From Anaerolineae bacterium (lineage in GTDB: Bacteria; Chloroflexota; Anaerolineae; UBA1429), in NCBI GenBank assembly GCA_049975585.1, contig JBNGEB010000003.1:1-43692 (forward strand): a stretch of 43,692 nucleotides of DNA. Direction: 5' to 3'. Shown piece by piece: positions 10,924 through 22,761 of the stretch. Position 1 is the stretch's first letter; each line of letters opens with the position of its first letter. The notes below the pieces were generated by a model that ran no database searches, had not been told where the DNA came from, and was given only the letters and a program-made list of their open reading frames with translations. Both the position numbers and the translations under genes were made by a program.

Positions 10924-10952
10924 ATTCTACTCCTGCGATCCAGCCATGTCAA
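10924..10952 (-). promoter_or_regulatory. sigma70-type promoter for DUF1015-serA
   Basis: TTGACA-17 bp-TAGAAT on the minus strand. Confidence 0.82.
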
Positions 10953-10981
10953 CCTCCCTGGTTGCGACTGGAGTCGCTTCC

Positions 10982-11010
10982 TTGACAGCAGATCACCCGA
11001 ACCCTACGCT
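10982..11010 (+). promoter_or_regulatory. sigma70-type promoter for ribokinase-GH106
   Basis: TTGACA-17 bp-TACGCT, followed by an AAGGAGG RBS. Confidence 0.7.
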
Positions 11011-11035
11011 GGGGCACGCACGGAAGGAGGGCTGA

Positions 11036-11977
11036 GTGGGGCGATCCATTGCGGTTGCTGTTGTTGGGTCGATCAACACGGACTTGGTGGTGAGGGTTCC
11101 ACGTGTTCCGGGGCACGGCGAGAACCTATTGGCGCGTGGCGTCACGACGGGACGGGGAGGCAAGGGATCCAACTGTGCCATCGCTGTGGCTCGGCTAGGC
11201 GGTTCAGCGCAGATGGTGGGCAGCGTGGGGCAGGATGCCTATGGCGATCAGGCAGTTGAGGTGCTGCAGGCCGAGGGTGTCGCGACGGCTGGCATCTCCC
11301 GCTCTACCGAATCTCCAACCGGCATGGCGGTCATCATGGTTGACGATTGGGGTGAGAACACGATCGTGGTGGCGCGGGGGGCGAATGAGCGGCTGACGGT
11401 CGCCCATGTTCGCGGCGCGTTGGACGAAGCAGCGCCCGATGTCGTCGTGACCAACTATGAGGTGCCCTTCGACTGTGTCCAGGCGGCCATAGATTGGGCG
11501 AATGCTCACGACGTCTTCGTCGTCCTCGACGCTGGTCCGGCGCGCCATGAGCAGCCCCAGCACTGGGGGCAGCATACCGTGCTCACGGGCAATCAGGCTG
11601 AGATCGCGTGCCTGCTGGGGTGTGCGCGAGAGGACGAGCCCCGCTGGCAAGGGGGCATTCGCGACCTGCTGGCATCGGGATTGGCAGGCGTTGTGGTGAA
11701 ACTGGGGGGACGTGGCGCTTATGTAGCGACGCCCAACCTCGAATCGCATGTGCCTGCCTTTGATGTGCCCGTCGTGGACACGACGGGGGCGGGCGACGCG
11801 TCGACGGCAGCGTTAGCGCTTGCCTTGGCGAGCGGCAAGCCGTGGCTGGAGGCGGTGCGATACGCAAATGCGGCAGGGGCGGTGACGGTGACGCAGCTAG
11901 GGGCAGCCGGGGCCATGCCATGGCGAGCCGACGTGGAGGCGCTTCTTGCGAGCGCTGGAGGGGAAGAAGATGGCTGA
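11036..11977 (+). CDS. Ribokinase / PfkB family sugar kinase
   Basis: VVGSINTDL, GGKGSNCA, VDTTGAGD, YANAAGA. Confidence 0.9.
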   Translation: MGRSIAVAVVGSINTDLVVRVPRVPGHGENLLARGVTTGRGGKGSNCAIAVARLGGSAQMVGSVGQDAYGDQAVEVLQAEGVATAGISRSTESPTGMAVIMVDDWGENTIVVARGANERLTVAHVRGALDEAAPDVVVTNYEVPFDCVQAAIDWANAHDVFVVLDAGPARHEQPQHWGQHTVLTGNQAEIACLLGCAREDEPRWQGGIRDLLASGLAGVVVKLGGRGAYVATPNLESHVPAFDVPVVDTTGAGDASTAALALALASGKPWLEAVRYANAAGAVTVTQLGAAGAMPWRADVEALLASAGGEEDG

Positions 11978-14864
11978 TTGGGGATCGCTGGAGGCGCAGT
12001 TCCGTCGTCCGCCGCTGGAGCACGGACCTGTGCCGTTCTGGTTTCTGAACGAGGTCTTGGAGCCGGATCGCCTGGCCTGGCAGCTCGAACAGATGCACGC
12101 GCAGCATGTGGATGCCGCGGTGTTGCATCCGAGGCCAGGCATGGTGACGCCCTACCTCTCGGACGAGTTCTGGAACGCCATTGGCGCGTGCCTGGACAAG
12201 GCGCGTGCGCTCGGCATGCGCGTGTGGCTCTATGACGACTATCCCTGGGCGAGCGGTACCGCCGCGGGCCTCGTGCCTGCCGCCGACCCCGAGTATGTCA
12301 TGCGCAACATGGACCTAGTGGCCACCGACGTCCAAGGGCCTCGCGACCTTGCCTGGCCGCTGCCAAGGAACGTGGTGAGCGTCACCGCCGCACCCGTCCG
12401 CGATGGCACGTGGATCGAGGGTGATGCCATGGTGGACCTGCGAGACGATGTCGTGAACGGCAAGCTCACCTGGCGAGTGCCAGAGGGGACGTGGCGCGTG
12501 ATGGCCGTGGCCCGTCGCCGTGGGCTCACGACCTGTGGCGATCCGTACGGCACCCAAGAGTGGGCGGACCTCACCAATCCTGACGCCATGGATCTCTTTG
12601 TCGAGCTTACTCACGAGGAGTACCGCAAGCGGTTTGAGGATACCTTTGGCAAGACGGTGTGGGCCGTGTTCACCGACGAACCGCCCTCCACGTTCCCGGC
12701 CTTGGGAGCCACGACGTTGCAGCGTTTCCGCGAGCTGCACGGCTATGACCTGGCGCCTGAACTGCCGCTGCTCTGGTACGAGGGCGGTGAGCGCACGGCC
12801 AAGGTACGTTGCGACTACTATGACACGCTGGCGACACAGTACGAAGAGAGCTTTTTCGAGCGCTGTGGCACCTGGTGCGAGGACCATGGGCTCGACCTAG
12901 GCGGGCACCTGCTCCTTGAGGAGAACCTGATCCTTAACACGCGCTTTATGGCGAGCGCCTTTCGCCAGTTGCGCCATCTGAGCATCCCTGGCATCGACTG
13001 GATCTTCCCGGGACGCATCCCTTCGAGCGTTCCAAAGCTGGCTGCTTCCATAGCCCACAGCTATGGTCGCGACCGTGTCATGAGCGAGACCTATGCGCTG
13101 GCGGGTTGGGCTGCCGAGCCGCAGTGGATGCGTTGGCAGATGCAGTGGGAGTTCGTCCACGGCGTTGACTTGCTGGTGCCTCACGCCTTTTTCTACAGTA
13201 TTAGCGACACGGTGCCCATCCCGCCGGCTCCCGACGACATCGGCTACCGCTGGTACGATTGCCCGCCCTCCATGTTCTTCCGCCAGCCCTATTGGCGACA
13301 CTACCATCACTTTGCCGATCTCGTTTCCCGGACCAGCTATCTGTTGACACGGGGGACGCACGTGGCGCAAGTAGCAGTGTTCTATCCCATCGAGAGCGTT
13401 TGGGCTGACTATGCCCTCGCCGACGGTTGGTTGCGGGGCGTGCACACCAACGTGCTGGATCTGCCTGGCTCTTGGATGACGGCCGACAAGTTTGAGGATG
13501 GGCCGCCGGCCGTCGTGACCGACGGCCGCTACCGGGCCATCATTGAAGGACTCCGAGAGCGCACGGTTGACTGCGACATCCTGGACGATGATACCTTGCA
13601 ACGCGCCGATGTCGTCAAGGGCGCACTGGATACCGGCAACGAATCGTTCGACATCCTTGTGCTGCCCGCCGTTCGCACCATTCGCCTAGAGACCCTGAGA
13701 AAGATCGCTCGCTACTGGCGATCGGGGGGGACGGTGGTGGCACTGCACTGCCTTCCCGAGCGTGCCAGCGACGGCCCTGCGCACGATGCAGAGGTCCTCG
13801 CGCTGGTCCGTGAGATCTGGCAGCGCGATTCGGCCGATGGGATTCAGGCGAGGGGCGCGCGACTGTTCGACGGTGGATTCCAGGCTGAGCTCGATGGCGT
13901 GATGTCGCTGCTCCAGCCCAACGTCCAAGTCGCCGATTGGGGCATCGACGTGCAGCAGCGCAGCCTAGAGGGAGTGTCGCTCTTCTACCTGACCAGCCGG
14001 CTCGATCACGCGCTAGAGACAGAGGTGACGTTGCGGGTCACAGGGCGGCCTGAGCGGTGGGATCCAGTCACGGGCGAACGAACGTCTATCGCGCGCTTTA
14101 GGGTGGTCGACACCGGCATGGTGCTGCCGCTTTCCTTTGAGCCGTACGATGGCACCTTTGTGTTGATCCACGAGGGGGATCCGGGTCCTCATGTCGTGGC
14201 GACGAACATAACGGCGCCAGAACTGCGAATCCAGAACGACCGTGCCATCGTTGAAGGCCTCTTGCCCGAAGGAGGCGACGCATGGGCGCAGATCGAGATC
14301 GACGGCACTGCGTACCGGTTGGAAGGACGAGCGGACGGTCCGAGCTCGGTGCTTGATCTGGGAGACACATGGGAGTTCTCGGTGCTGCCGTTCCCAGAGG
14401 ACGAGCACTGGTACGATGATATGGATCGCCTTGAGCTGATGTTCCCTGAGGATGGTGTGCCGACGGCGATGTGTACTGGTAGCTGGACGGACCAGGGACT
14501 CGCCGGCTTTTCCGGAACTGGGCGCTATGTGCAGCGGTTCGAACTGCCCGATGCTCTCCAAGGCCAGCGGCTCGTGCTCGATCTGGGGCGGGTCAAGGTC
14601 GCAGCGCGCGTCTCTCTCAACGGCGAGCTAGTGGGAGACCGCCTCTGGGCGCCATACGCCTTCATGTTGACGGGCGCACACGCGGGCCAGAACGAGCTGG
14701 TGGTGGAGGTGTCGAACACCCTGGCGAACTATATCGCGGTGCGCCATGCGGATTCGGATCAGCCGTGGGCCCATCCGTCAGAGGAGGAGCTGGCATCGGG
14801 GATTCTGGGGCCCGTTACCCTTCAGGTCGTGCCCCAGGTGAGGCTAGAGCTGCCACTGCCCTGA
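11970..14864 (+). CDS. GH106-like glycoside hydrolase (alpha-L-rhamnosidase-like); start ATG 11970
   Basis: PVPFWFLN, YLSDEF, WLYDDYPWASG, FTDEP, PGID, MSETYA and a C-terminal LDLGRV..LNG..WAPY sandwich domain. Confidence 0.75.
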   Translation: MADWGSLEAQFRRPPLEHGPVPFWFLNEVLEPDRLAWQLEQMHAQHVDAAVLHPRPGMVTPYLSDEFWNAIGACLDKARALGMRVWLYDDYPWASGTAAGLVPAADPEYVMRNMDLVATDVQGPRDLAWPLPRNVVSVTAAPVRDGTWIEGDAMVDLRDDVVNGKLTWRVPEGTWRVMAVARRRGLTTCGDPYGTQEWADLTNPDAMDLFVELTHEEYRKRFEDTFGKTVWAVFTDEPPSTFPALGATTLQRFRELHGYDLAPELPLLWYEGGERTAKVRCDYYDTLATQYEESFFERCGTWCEDHGLDLGGHLLLEENLILNTRFMASAFRQLRHLSIPGIDWIFPGRIPSSVPKLAASIAHSYGRDRVMSETYALAGWAAEPQWMRWQMQWEFVHGVDLLVPHAFFYSISDTVPIPPAPDDIGYRWYDCPPSMFFRQPYWRHYHHFADLVSRTSYLLTRGTHVAQVAVFYPIESVWADYALADGWLRGVHTNVLDLPGSWMTADKFEDGPPAVVTDGRYRAIIEGLRERTVDCDILDDDTLQRADVVKGALDTGNESFDILVLPAVRTIRLETLRKIARYWRSGGTVVALHCLPERASDGPAHDAEVLALVREIWQRDSADGIQARGARLFDGGFQAELDGVMSLLQPNVQVADWGIDVQQRSLEGVSLFYLTSRLDHALETEVTLRVTGRPERWDPVTGERTSIARFRVVDTGMVLPLSFEPYDGTFVLIHEGDPGPHVVATNITAPELRIQNDRAIVEGLLPEGGDAWAQIEIDGTAYRLEGRADGPSSVLDLGDTWEFSVLPFPEDEHWYDDMDRLELMFPEDGVPTAMCTGSWTDQGLAGFSGTGRYVQRFELPDALQGQRLVLDLGRVKVAARVSLNGELVGDRLWAPYAFMLTGAHAGQNELVVEVSNTLANYIAVRHADSDQPWAHPSEEELASGILGPVTLQVVPQVRLELPLP

Positions 14865-14871
14865 CCGCGAT

Positions 14872-17716
<2,845 letters not shown>

Positions 17717-17834
17717 TGCCGTTTATACCTCCAAGCGACTATTTTGGCACAAGACGCCGAGCTGCGAAAGCGGCGTCGGGCGGTCCTGCTGCCGCCCGAC
17801 GTCTACGCTGTGGCTAGCTGATGCCATCCACTCT

Positions 17835-18797
17835 CTAGCTGCCCGAAGCTTCCTTTTCTGGAACTGGGGCCTCGGCAGGGCCCGCCTCATCTGTGGGGAG
17901 ACCCTGCATGTCAATCAGGAGGTCACGCAAGGCACCAAAGAAGGTGTCGTACGTCGTCAGTTGCTGCTGCATGGCCTCCATCGTGGCGCGCGCCTCGGCG
18001 AGGTCGCTTTCCATCTGGTCTAGGCGCTTGCCCTGCTCGTCCAGCGTGGCGTCCATTTCGTCGAAACGCGTGCCATAGGTCTTGCGAAGCTCGGCCAGGT
18101 CCGATTCGAGGGCTGAGATGCTGTTCTGTGTGGCCGTGAGATCGTCGCGCATCTCTTGCGTGCCCTGCTCGAGCTCGGCGACGCGGCCAGAAAGCTCCAT
18201 GAGGCGATCGACCTTGGCGGAAAGGTCGGCGTTGTCGGCGGCCAGGCGGTCGAGGCGCTCCCAGGCGATCTCGCTGTTGTGGTAGATGGTATCGAGGTTG
18301 CGGCTGAGGGCCTCCACCTCCTTGCGCGAGGCATAGCTGAGCGTGCCGCTGTAGGCCAATAGGACCAGCAGCATCACCAAGGCGCCGATGATAGCGCCGC
18401 CAGCGACGAGCAAAAAGTTCCCCCAGAATCCATGCCCCGCATCGGTGTCGCGGGCTGCGGGAGGTGGGGCTGCAGCTTCTGGCTCGGGTTCTTCGCTGAC
18501 TTGCAGCGGCCCCGCGAGCTGCGCCGGTTCGCTTTTGCCCGCGATGGGGATCTCGGCGAGGCCCGCTGCCTCGGGAGCTGGGGTTAGGGTGATCTGGGGG
18601 CGAATCCGAGCCAACAGCGCCCGTCCGATGCCAGGCACAGCCACGAGCTCATCGAGATCAGCAAAGGGGCCGTGCTCTCTGCGATACTGGACGATTCGTT
18701 GCGCCAAAGCGGGACCGATGCCATCAATGGGGAGGAGGTCGTCGCTGGAAGCCGTATTGACATCGATGGGCAGGTTCCCTTGCATCTCGGTAGTCAC
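17835..18797 (-). CDS. HhH (ComEA-like) DNA-binding domain, linker, one TM helix and a coiled coil; start GTG 18797
   Basis: IDVNTASSDDLLPIDGIGPALAQRIVQYRREHGPF..LDELVAVPGIG, TM FLLVAGGAIIGALVMLLVLLAY, heptad-rich C-terminus. AAGGAGG RBS. Confidence 0.85.
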   Translation of the reverse strand: MTTEMQGNLPIDVNTASSDDLLPIDGIGPALAQRIVQYRREHGPFADLDELVAVPGIGRALLARIRPQITLTPAPEAAGLAEIPIAGKSEPAQLAGPLQVSEEPEPEAAAPPPAARDTDAGHGFWGNFLLVAGGAIIGALVMLLVLLAYSGTLSYASRKEVEALSRNLDTIYHNSEIAWERLDRLAADNADLSAKVDRLMELSGRVAELEQGTQEMRDDLTATQNSISALESDLAELRKTYGTRFDEMDATLDEQGKRLDQMESDLAEARATMEAMQQQLTTYDTFFGALRDLLIDMQGLPTDEAGPAEAPVPEKEASGS

Positions 18798-18930
18798 GGT
18801 ACATGCCTCCTTTGCGGTGCGAGCGCCTTTGCTCACGCTCAAGCTACGCGAACGGATCCACGTGCGCCAGTGGGCAACGTCCCAAGGTTGGACGTCGGCG
18901 TCGATGGCCTACGAGTTCGTACTTGGCATT

Positions 18931-18939
18931 ATTATACCA
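18931..18939 (-). promoter_or_regulatory. Extended -10 promoter for the HhH gene
   Basis: TGgTATAAT on the minus strand. Confidence 0.6.
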
Positions 18940-19023
18940 TGCGAAGCAGTCAGGTGCCAGCGCGACGATTGTAGGTGCTGGATAGCGGGTGCCAGTCTGG
19001 ACTAGGCGTGCAGCTCAAGGGCC

Positions 19024-19053
19024 TTGACACCCTGCCCAGCAAGCATCTACACT
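19024..19053 (+). promoter_or_regulatory. sigma70-type promoter
   Basis: TTGACA-18 bp-TACACT. Confidence 0.7.
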
Positions 19054-19074
19054 GGCGGCGGTGGAAGAGAGCCC

Positions 19075-19200
19075 ATGCGCATCCGCGACATCGCTTGCTT
19101 TCCCACGCGGGGTGGTGGCTGGGGCCATCTCTTTGTGGGGGTGGATACCAACTAGGAGCCCTATGGCGTGGGCGAGGCGGGGGTGGTAGGAGCCGCCGTG
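19075..19200 (+). pseudogene. 5' relic of an enolase-superfamily (mandelate racemase/DgoD-like) dehydratase
   Basis: Translates as MRIRDIACFPTRGGGWGHLFVGVDTN*EPYGVGEAG, matching the family start MKITDI..F......LFVKVETDEGIYGVGEA. In-frame TAG at 19153. Confidence 0.65.
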
Positions 19201-19234
19201 CCGCGATGGGCTGATGTGCGGGGGAGGGGTGGCT

Positions 19235-21859
19235 GTGACACCGTTGCGCATCGTTGTGCTGCTTCTGGACGCGTACCTGCTCGTGGGCATCCTGCCGTGG
19301 GTACTGGCTCGCGCCCTCGACTGGTACCTAACGCGTGGGGCTGGGGCTGTGCTCGCGCTTGAGCGGGACTTGCAGAGGTTGAGAGAGGCCGTCTCCGATC
19401 TTGAGCCATTCGTTCGCGAGACGCCACGCCCCGGCCCGTTTGCGGGACCAGACAGGCGAGTTGTGGAGCTTGCACGCCGTCTTGAGGAGCAGATCGGGCG
19501 AGCCGAGAAGGCCATGCCCGCTTTGCGGGCCTACGAGGCGATGACTCTTTCCATTCCCCAAGCCTTGTTGTTCGGGGGCCTCAAGTCTCTGCGGCGGATC
19601 TGGCCTGTGTTTCGCGCGGCTTGGTCAGCGCGAGAGCTGCTGCTAGCAGCCGAGGATACGCGCGGGGAGCTGCTCGACCAGATTCGTGCCGCCCAGGATA
19701 TCCCCCGCCAGGCGGAAGGACAGATTCGCGCCCTTGAGGCGGAGCAGCAGCGGCTGATCGCTGTGCTCGATGCCGAGCGTGAAGCCGGCACGCACGGGCT
19801 GGAGGGGCTACGTCAGCGTTTGCACGAGGTCGCGACCACGCTTGAGGCTGCCGAGCGGCATCTGCGTGAGGCGGCCCCTGACGACCTGCCCACCGTCCTG
19901 GAGGAGCTGGGGGTCCACACGGCAAGCATCGCGGATGTGCTGCAGCAGCTAGACGAGCGTGTGGAACAGGTGGTTGCCCAACGCCAGGCATCCGAGAAGA
20001 GGTTGGAGCGAGCTGCGAGTGCCGTAGGGCTCCTATCGGAACGCTGGGAGGGTATGCGGGCCCGAGGCGCCAAGGACTTGAAGGTCTCGCACGCTTTGCA
20101 TGCCTTGGGTACGCATCTGAGGGCCTTGGAGGGGCAGGTCAAGCTGCAGACCGTCGAGTCCCTCCAGGCGCTTGAGGGCTCTTTTGGTAGCTTTGAGGAG
20201 CGGTACCAGGAGGCCAGCGAGCGCCTGGATCTCATCGACGGTCTCCTATCGGCGGGCCACGACAGGCTGCGCCAGGCGGAGGATGCACTGGCTAGGGCCG
20301 AGCATCGGCTCCGCACGCTCCAGCGTGACCATCCGAATCTTGTGGCCGACGAGTCAACGGCTGCCTGGGAAGCGGCCAGAGAAGTCGCGGCACAAGCGCA
20401 GGAGCAGTTCGCCAAGGGTACTGAAGCGGAGCTTGGGCGGGCCGCGGAGATGGCGACCGGAGCCGCAGAGAGGGCCGAGAGGGTGGCGGAGGCTGCGGAA
20501 GCTTTGCCCAAGATTGGCCGCCAGGTGCGGGAGTTGCATGACGCTGTCGCTCCCGCCGTTGTGTTGGACAAGATGCGCGCTTTGGAGGAACTACGGGCAT
20601 CTCTCAAAGAATACCCGCAGCATTGGGAAGACGGGTTGGTGGAACGAACTAGCCAAGCCCAATCCCTGCTGGAGGCCTGCCAGCAAGAGCGTGAGAAGCT
20701 TCCTGAGGCGTTGGCCAAGCGCGGCGTGTTGGTGCAATCCCAAGTTGGGGATATCCAGCAGATCCTGGGGCGCGCCATAGAGCGGTTGAACGAAGCGAGC
20801 GACCTGATCGCAGAGCTCGAGCGTGAGCGAGACCATATCCTGGCTCAACGGGATGAGGTTGAGCGGCGTATCGAGGCGATTCGCGCGCGTCTCGTGCCCG
20901 ATATCGAGCGTGTCCGAGAGGCTCTGTTGCCAGAGCTGGCCCAGCGCTACGAGGCTCTCCAACCTTTGCTGACTAACGAGCTGCGGGGCCTGGAGGACCC
21001 CCGCCAGACGCACTATGGCCGCGCAGTGTCCGAAGAGTTGCCGGCATTGGAGCGGCAGCTCTTTGAGCTTCGCGAGGCGCATCAAGAGAGCGTGCGCTAC
21101 TACCGCGATCTCCTAGAAAAGGCCGTGCGGGATTCCGAGCGCACGTGGGCGCGGCTGCAGCATCTCGACCCGATGCAGTCGCCTAGGCCCGAGGCGGACC
21201 TCGAGCAGCTAGCGCAAGACATGCGAGCTTGGCGTCAAGAAGCTACCGCCAATGAGGAGAACCCGCGCGTGCTGCAAGAGCTCGTGGGGCGACGGGCAGC
21301 CGCGTTGATGCGGCGGATAGAATCGGTGGCCGCCGAGGTTGAGCAGGGGCGAGCGGATCTGGCAAGTCTGGCCTCTCAGTACGAGAGCACAAAGACGCAG
21401 GTGCTTCAGCTTCGGACTGCCATCCACGAGTTGGGACGGCAGGGCGATTGGGGACAGATCCTCTGGGACACCGAGCTGGCTGATGGGGCCTGGCAGCGAG
21501 CGCAGGAGCTGGAGCGGGAGGCGACCAGCAGCGCGACGTTGCCGAGCGCGGTGAACGCCTTGCAGCGTGCTGTGACCGCGGCGGGAGAGGCTGAACGTCT
21601 CTACGGCGATCTGCACTCAGAGATGACCCGGGCGCTGAGCAGGCTCGACCGCGAGTGGCAGATCGCCTCCACCAAGCTGGGACGGGCAGCGCGCCGACAA
21701 CATAGTCTGGAGGAGCGCCAGCATCCGGAGGACGCCCGCGAGATCGCAGCCGTCTGTGATAGTGCGCGCCGAGCGATGGAGTTGGCGCGCGCCGCCACGA
21801 CCTTTGAGGACGCTTTCCGCCACCTGCGGGATGCCCACAATCACCTTCTCAGGCTCTAG
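19235..21859 (+). CDS. Large coiled-coil protein with an N-terminal membrane anchor; start probably GTG 19235
   Basis: Hydrophobic N-terminus IVVLLLDAYLLVGILPWVLA, then A/E/L/R/Q-rich helices throughout. No Walker motifs. GGGAGG RBS. Confidence 0.85.
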   Translation: MTPLRIVVLLLDAYLLVGILPWVLARALDWYLTRGAGAVLALERDLQRLREAVSDLEPFVRETPRPGPFAGPDRRVVELARRLEEQIGRAEKAMPALRAYEAMTLSIPQALLFGGLKSLRRIWPVFRAAWSARELLLAAEDTRGELLDQIRAAQDIPRQAEGQIRALEAEQQRLIAVLDAEREAGTHGLEGLRQRLHEVATTLEAAERHLREAAPDDLPTVLEELGVHTASIADVLQQLDERVEQVVAQRQASEKRLERAASAVGLLSERWEGMRARGAKDLKVSHALHALGTHLRALEGQVKLQTVESLQALEGSFGSFEERYQEASERLDLIDGLLSAGHDRLRQAEDALARAEHRLRTLQRDHPNLVADESTAAWEAAREVAAQAQEQFAKGTEAELGRAAEMATGAAERAERVAEAAEALPKIGRQVRELHDAVAPAVVLDKMRALEELRASLKEYPQHWEDGLVERTSQAQSLLEACQQEREKLPEALAKRGVLVQSQVGDIQQILGRAIERLNEASDLIAELERERDHILAQRDEVERRIEAIRARLVPDIERVREALLPELAQRYEALQPLLTNELRGLEDPRQTHYGRAVSEELPALERQLFELREAHQESVRYYRDLLEKAVRDSERTWARLQHLDPMQSPRPEADLEQLAQDMRAWRQEATANEENPRVLQELVGRRAAALMRRIESVAAEVEQGRADLASLASQYESTKTQVLQLRTAIHELGRQGDWGQILWDTELADGAWQRAQELEREATSSATLPSAVNALQRAVTAAGEAERLYGDLHSEMTRALSRLDREWQIASTKLGRAARRQHSLEERQHPEDAREIAAVCDSARRAMELARAATTFEDAFRHLRDAHNHLLRL

Positions 21860-21861
21860 GC

Positions 21862-22761
21862 CTACTCCTCAGTCTCTGCGTCCTGGGGCCACACAGGGAC
21901 GAACATCAGCCACTGATCGGGGACGGCGCGGATCCGCTCTTCCATGATGGCGAGGATGCGCAGCGCGTTGTGCCGGACGGTCTTTTCGCGGTTGCCCATC
22001 TCTTCCATCTCGAGCGGCGGCGACGAGACGAGGTGGTACACTCCCTCTTGGTCCTGATAGCAGCTCACTACCTGGACGCGGGCATTGGTGCGCAAGGCCA
22101 GCCGGATGTGTCCGGTGGGCATCGGCGCTGGCTCGCCAAAGAACGGTAGCAGATCGTCGTCCATCGAGGCTGGGCGATCGGCGCCCGTCACAACGACGCC
22201 GCCCCGCTTCAGTCGCTCCAAGGCTGATCGCAAGGATGCTATGGTGATCGGCGTCGTGATGATGCCACGGTGATGCCTGATGGCATTGACGACCTTGCCT
22301 CCCCACCCTAGCGACGTCAGGCTGAGCGCTTGCATCTCAATCCCATGGGCGGCCATCCACTGGCTGACGAGATCATAGTTGCTGATGTGGGGTCCCACTA
22401 GGACGAGGCCACGGTCGTCGCGGCTGGCTTCGAGGGTCGTCTCCCACGCGTCTTTTTCTACCTCCACTAGGATGCGATCCTCTACATAGTCTCGGATGCG
22501 GGCTCGGAGCATGTCATAATAGGTACGCCCCGCATGCCGCATCCCTCGAGCGGCCAAGTTGTCCAGCGTCTCGGCGTCAAGGTGCGGCATGACGTGCGCC
22601 AAGTTGCGGCGCAAGTTACGGTACATGGCCCCTCGCGTCTTGACGACTCGGCCGGTGAGGAGGTCGGCCAGCCAGTAGCCGACGCGAGGTGGCAGGATGC
22701 GCGCAATGATGAGCCCAAGCCCGATGCCTAGGGGCCCACCGAGAACCCGCTGGAGCATCAC
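21862..22761 (-). CDS. Lipid acyltransferase (LpxL/PatA family)
   Basis: HISNYD (HxxxxD), GADR, FFGEPAPMPTG, PDQWLMFVPVW. Confidence 0.88.
   Translation of the reverse strand: MMLQRVLGGPLGIGLGLIIARILPPRVGYWLADLLTGRVVKTRGAMYRNLRRNLAHVMPHLDAETLDNLAARGMRHAGRTYYDMLRARIRDYVEDRILVEVEKDAWETTLEASRDDRGLVLVGPHISNYDLVSQWMAAHGIEMQALSLTSLGWGGKVVNAIRHHRGIITTPITIASLRSALERLKRGGVVVTGADRPASMDDDLLPFFGEPAPMPTGHIRLALRTNARVQVVSCYQDQEGVYHLVSSPPLEMEEMGNREKTVRHNALRILAIMEERIRAVPDQWLMFVPVWPQDAETEE

Noticed and set aside
19153-19155. Amber read-through or pyrrolysine at the in-frame TAG of the dehydratase stub
   Set aside because: TAG is the main true stop in this window and similarity ends a few codons later, so decay is the simpler explanation.
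19235-21859. SMC, SbcC or dynamin-like ATPase, or a defence system
   Set aside because: No Walker A/B or signature motifs and no recognisable defence partners nearby.
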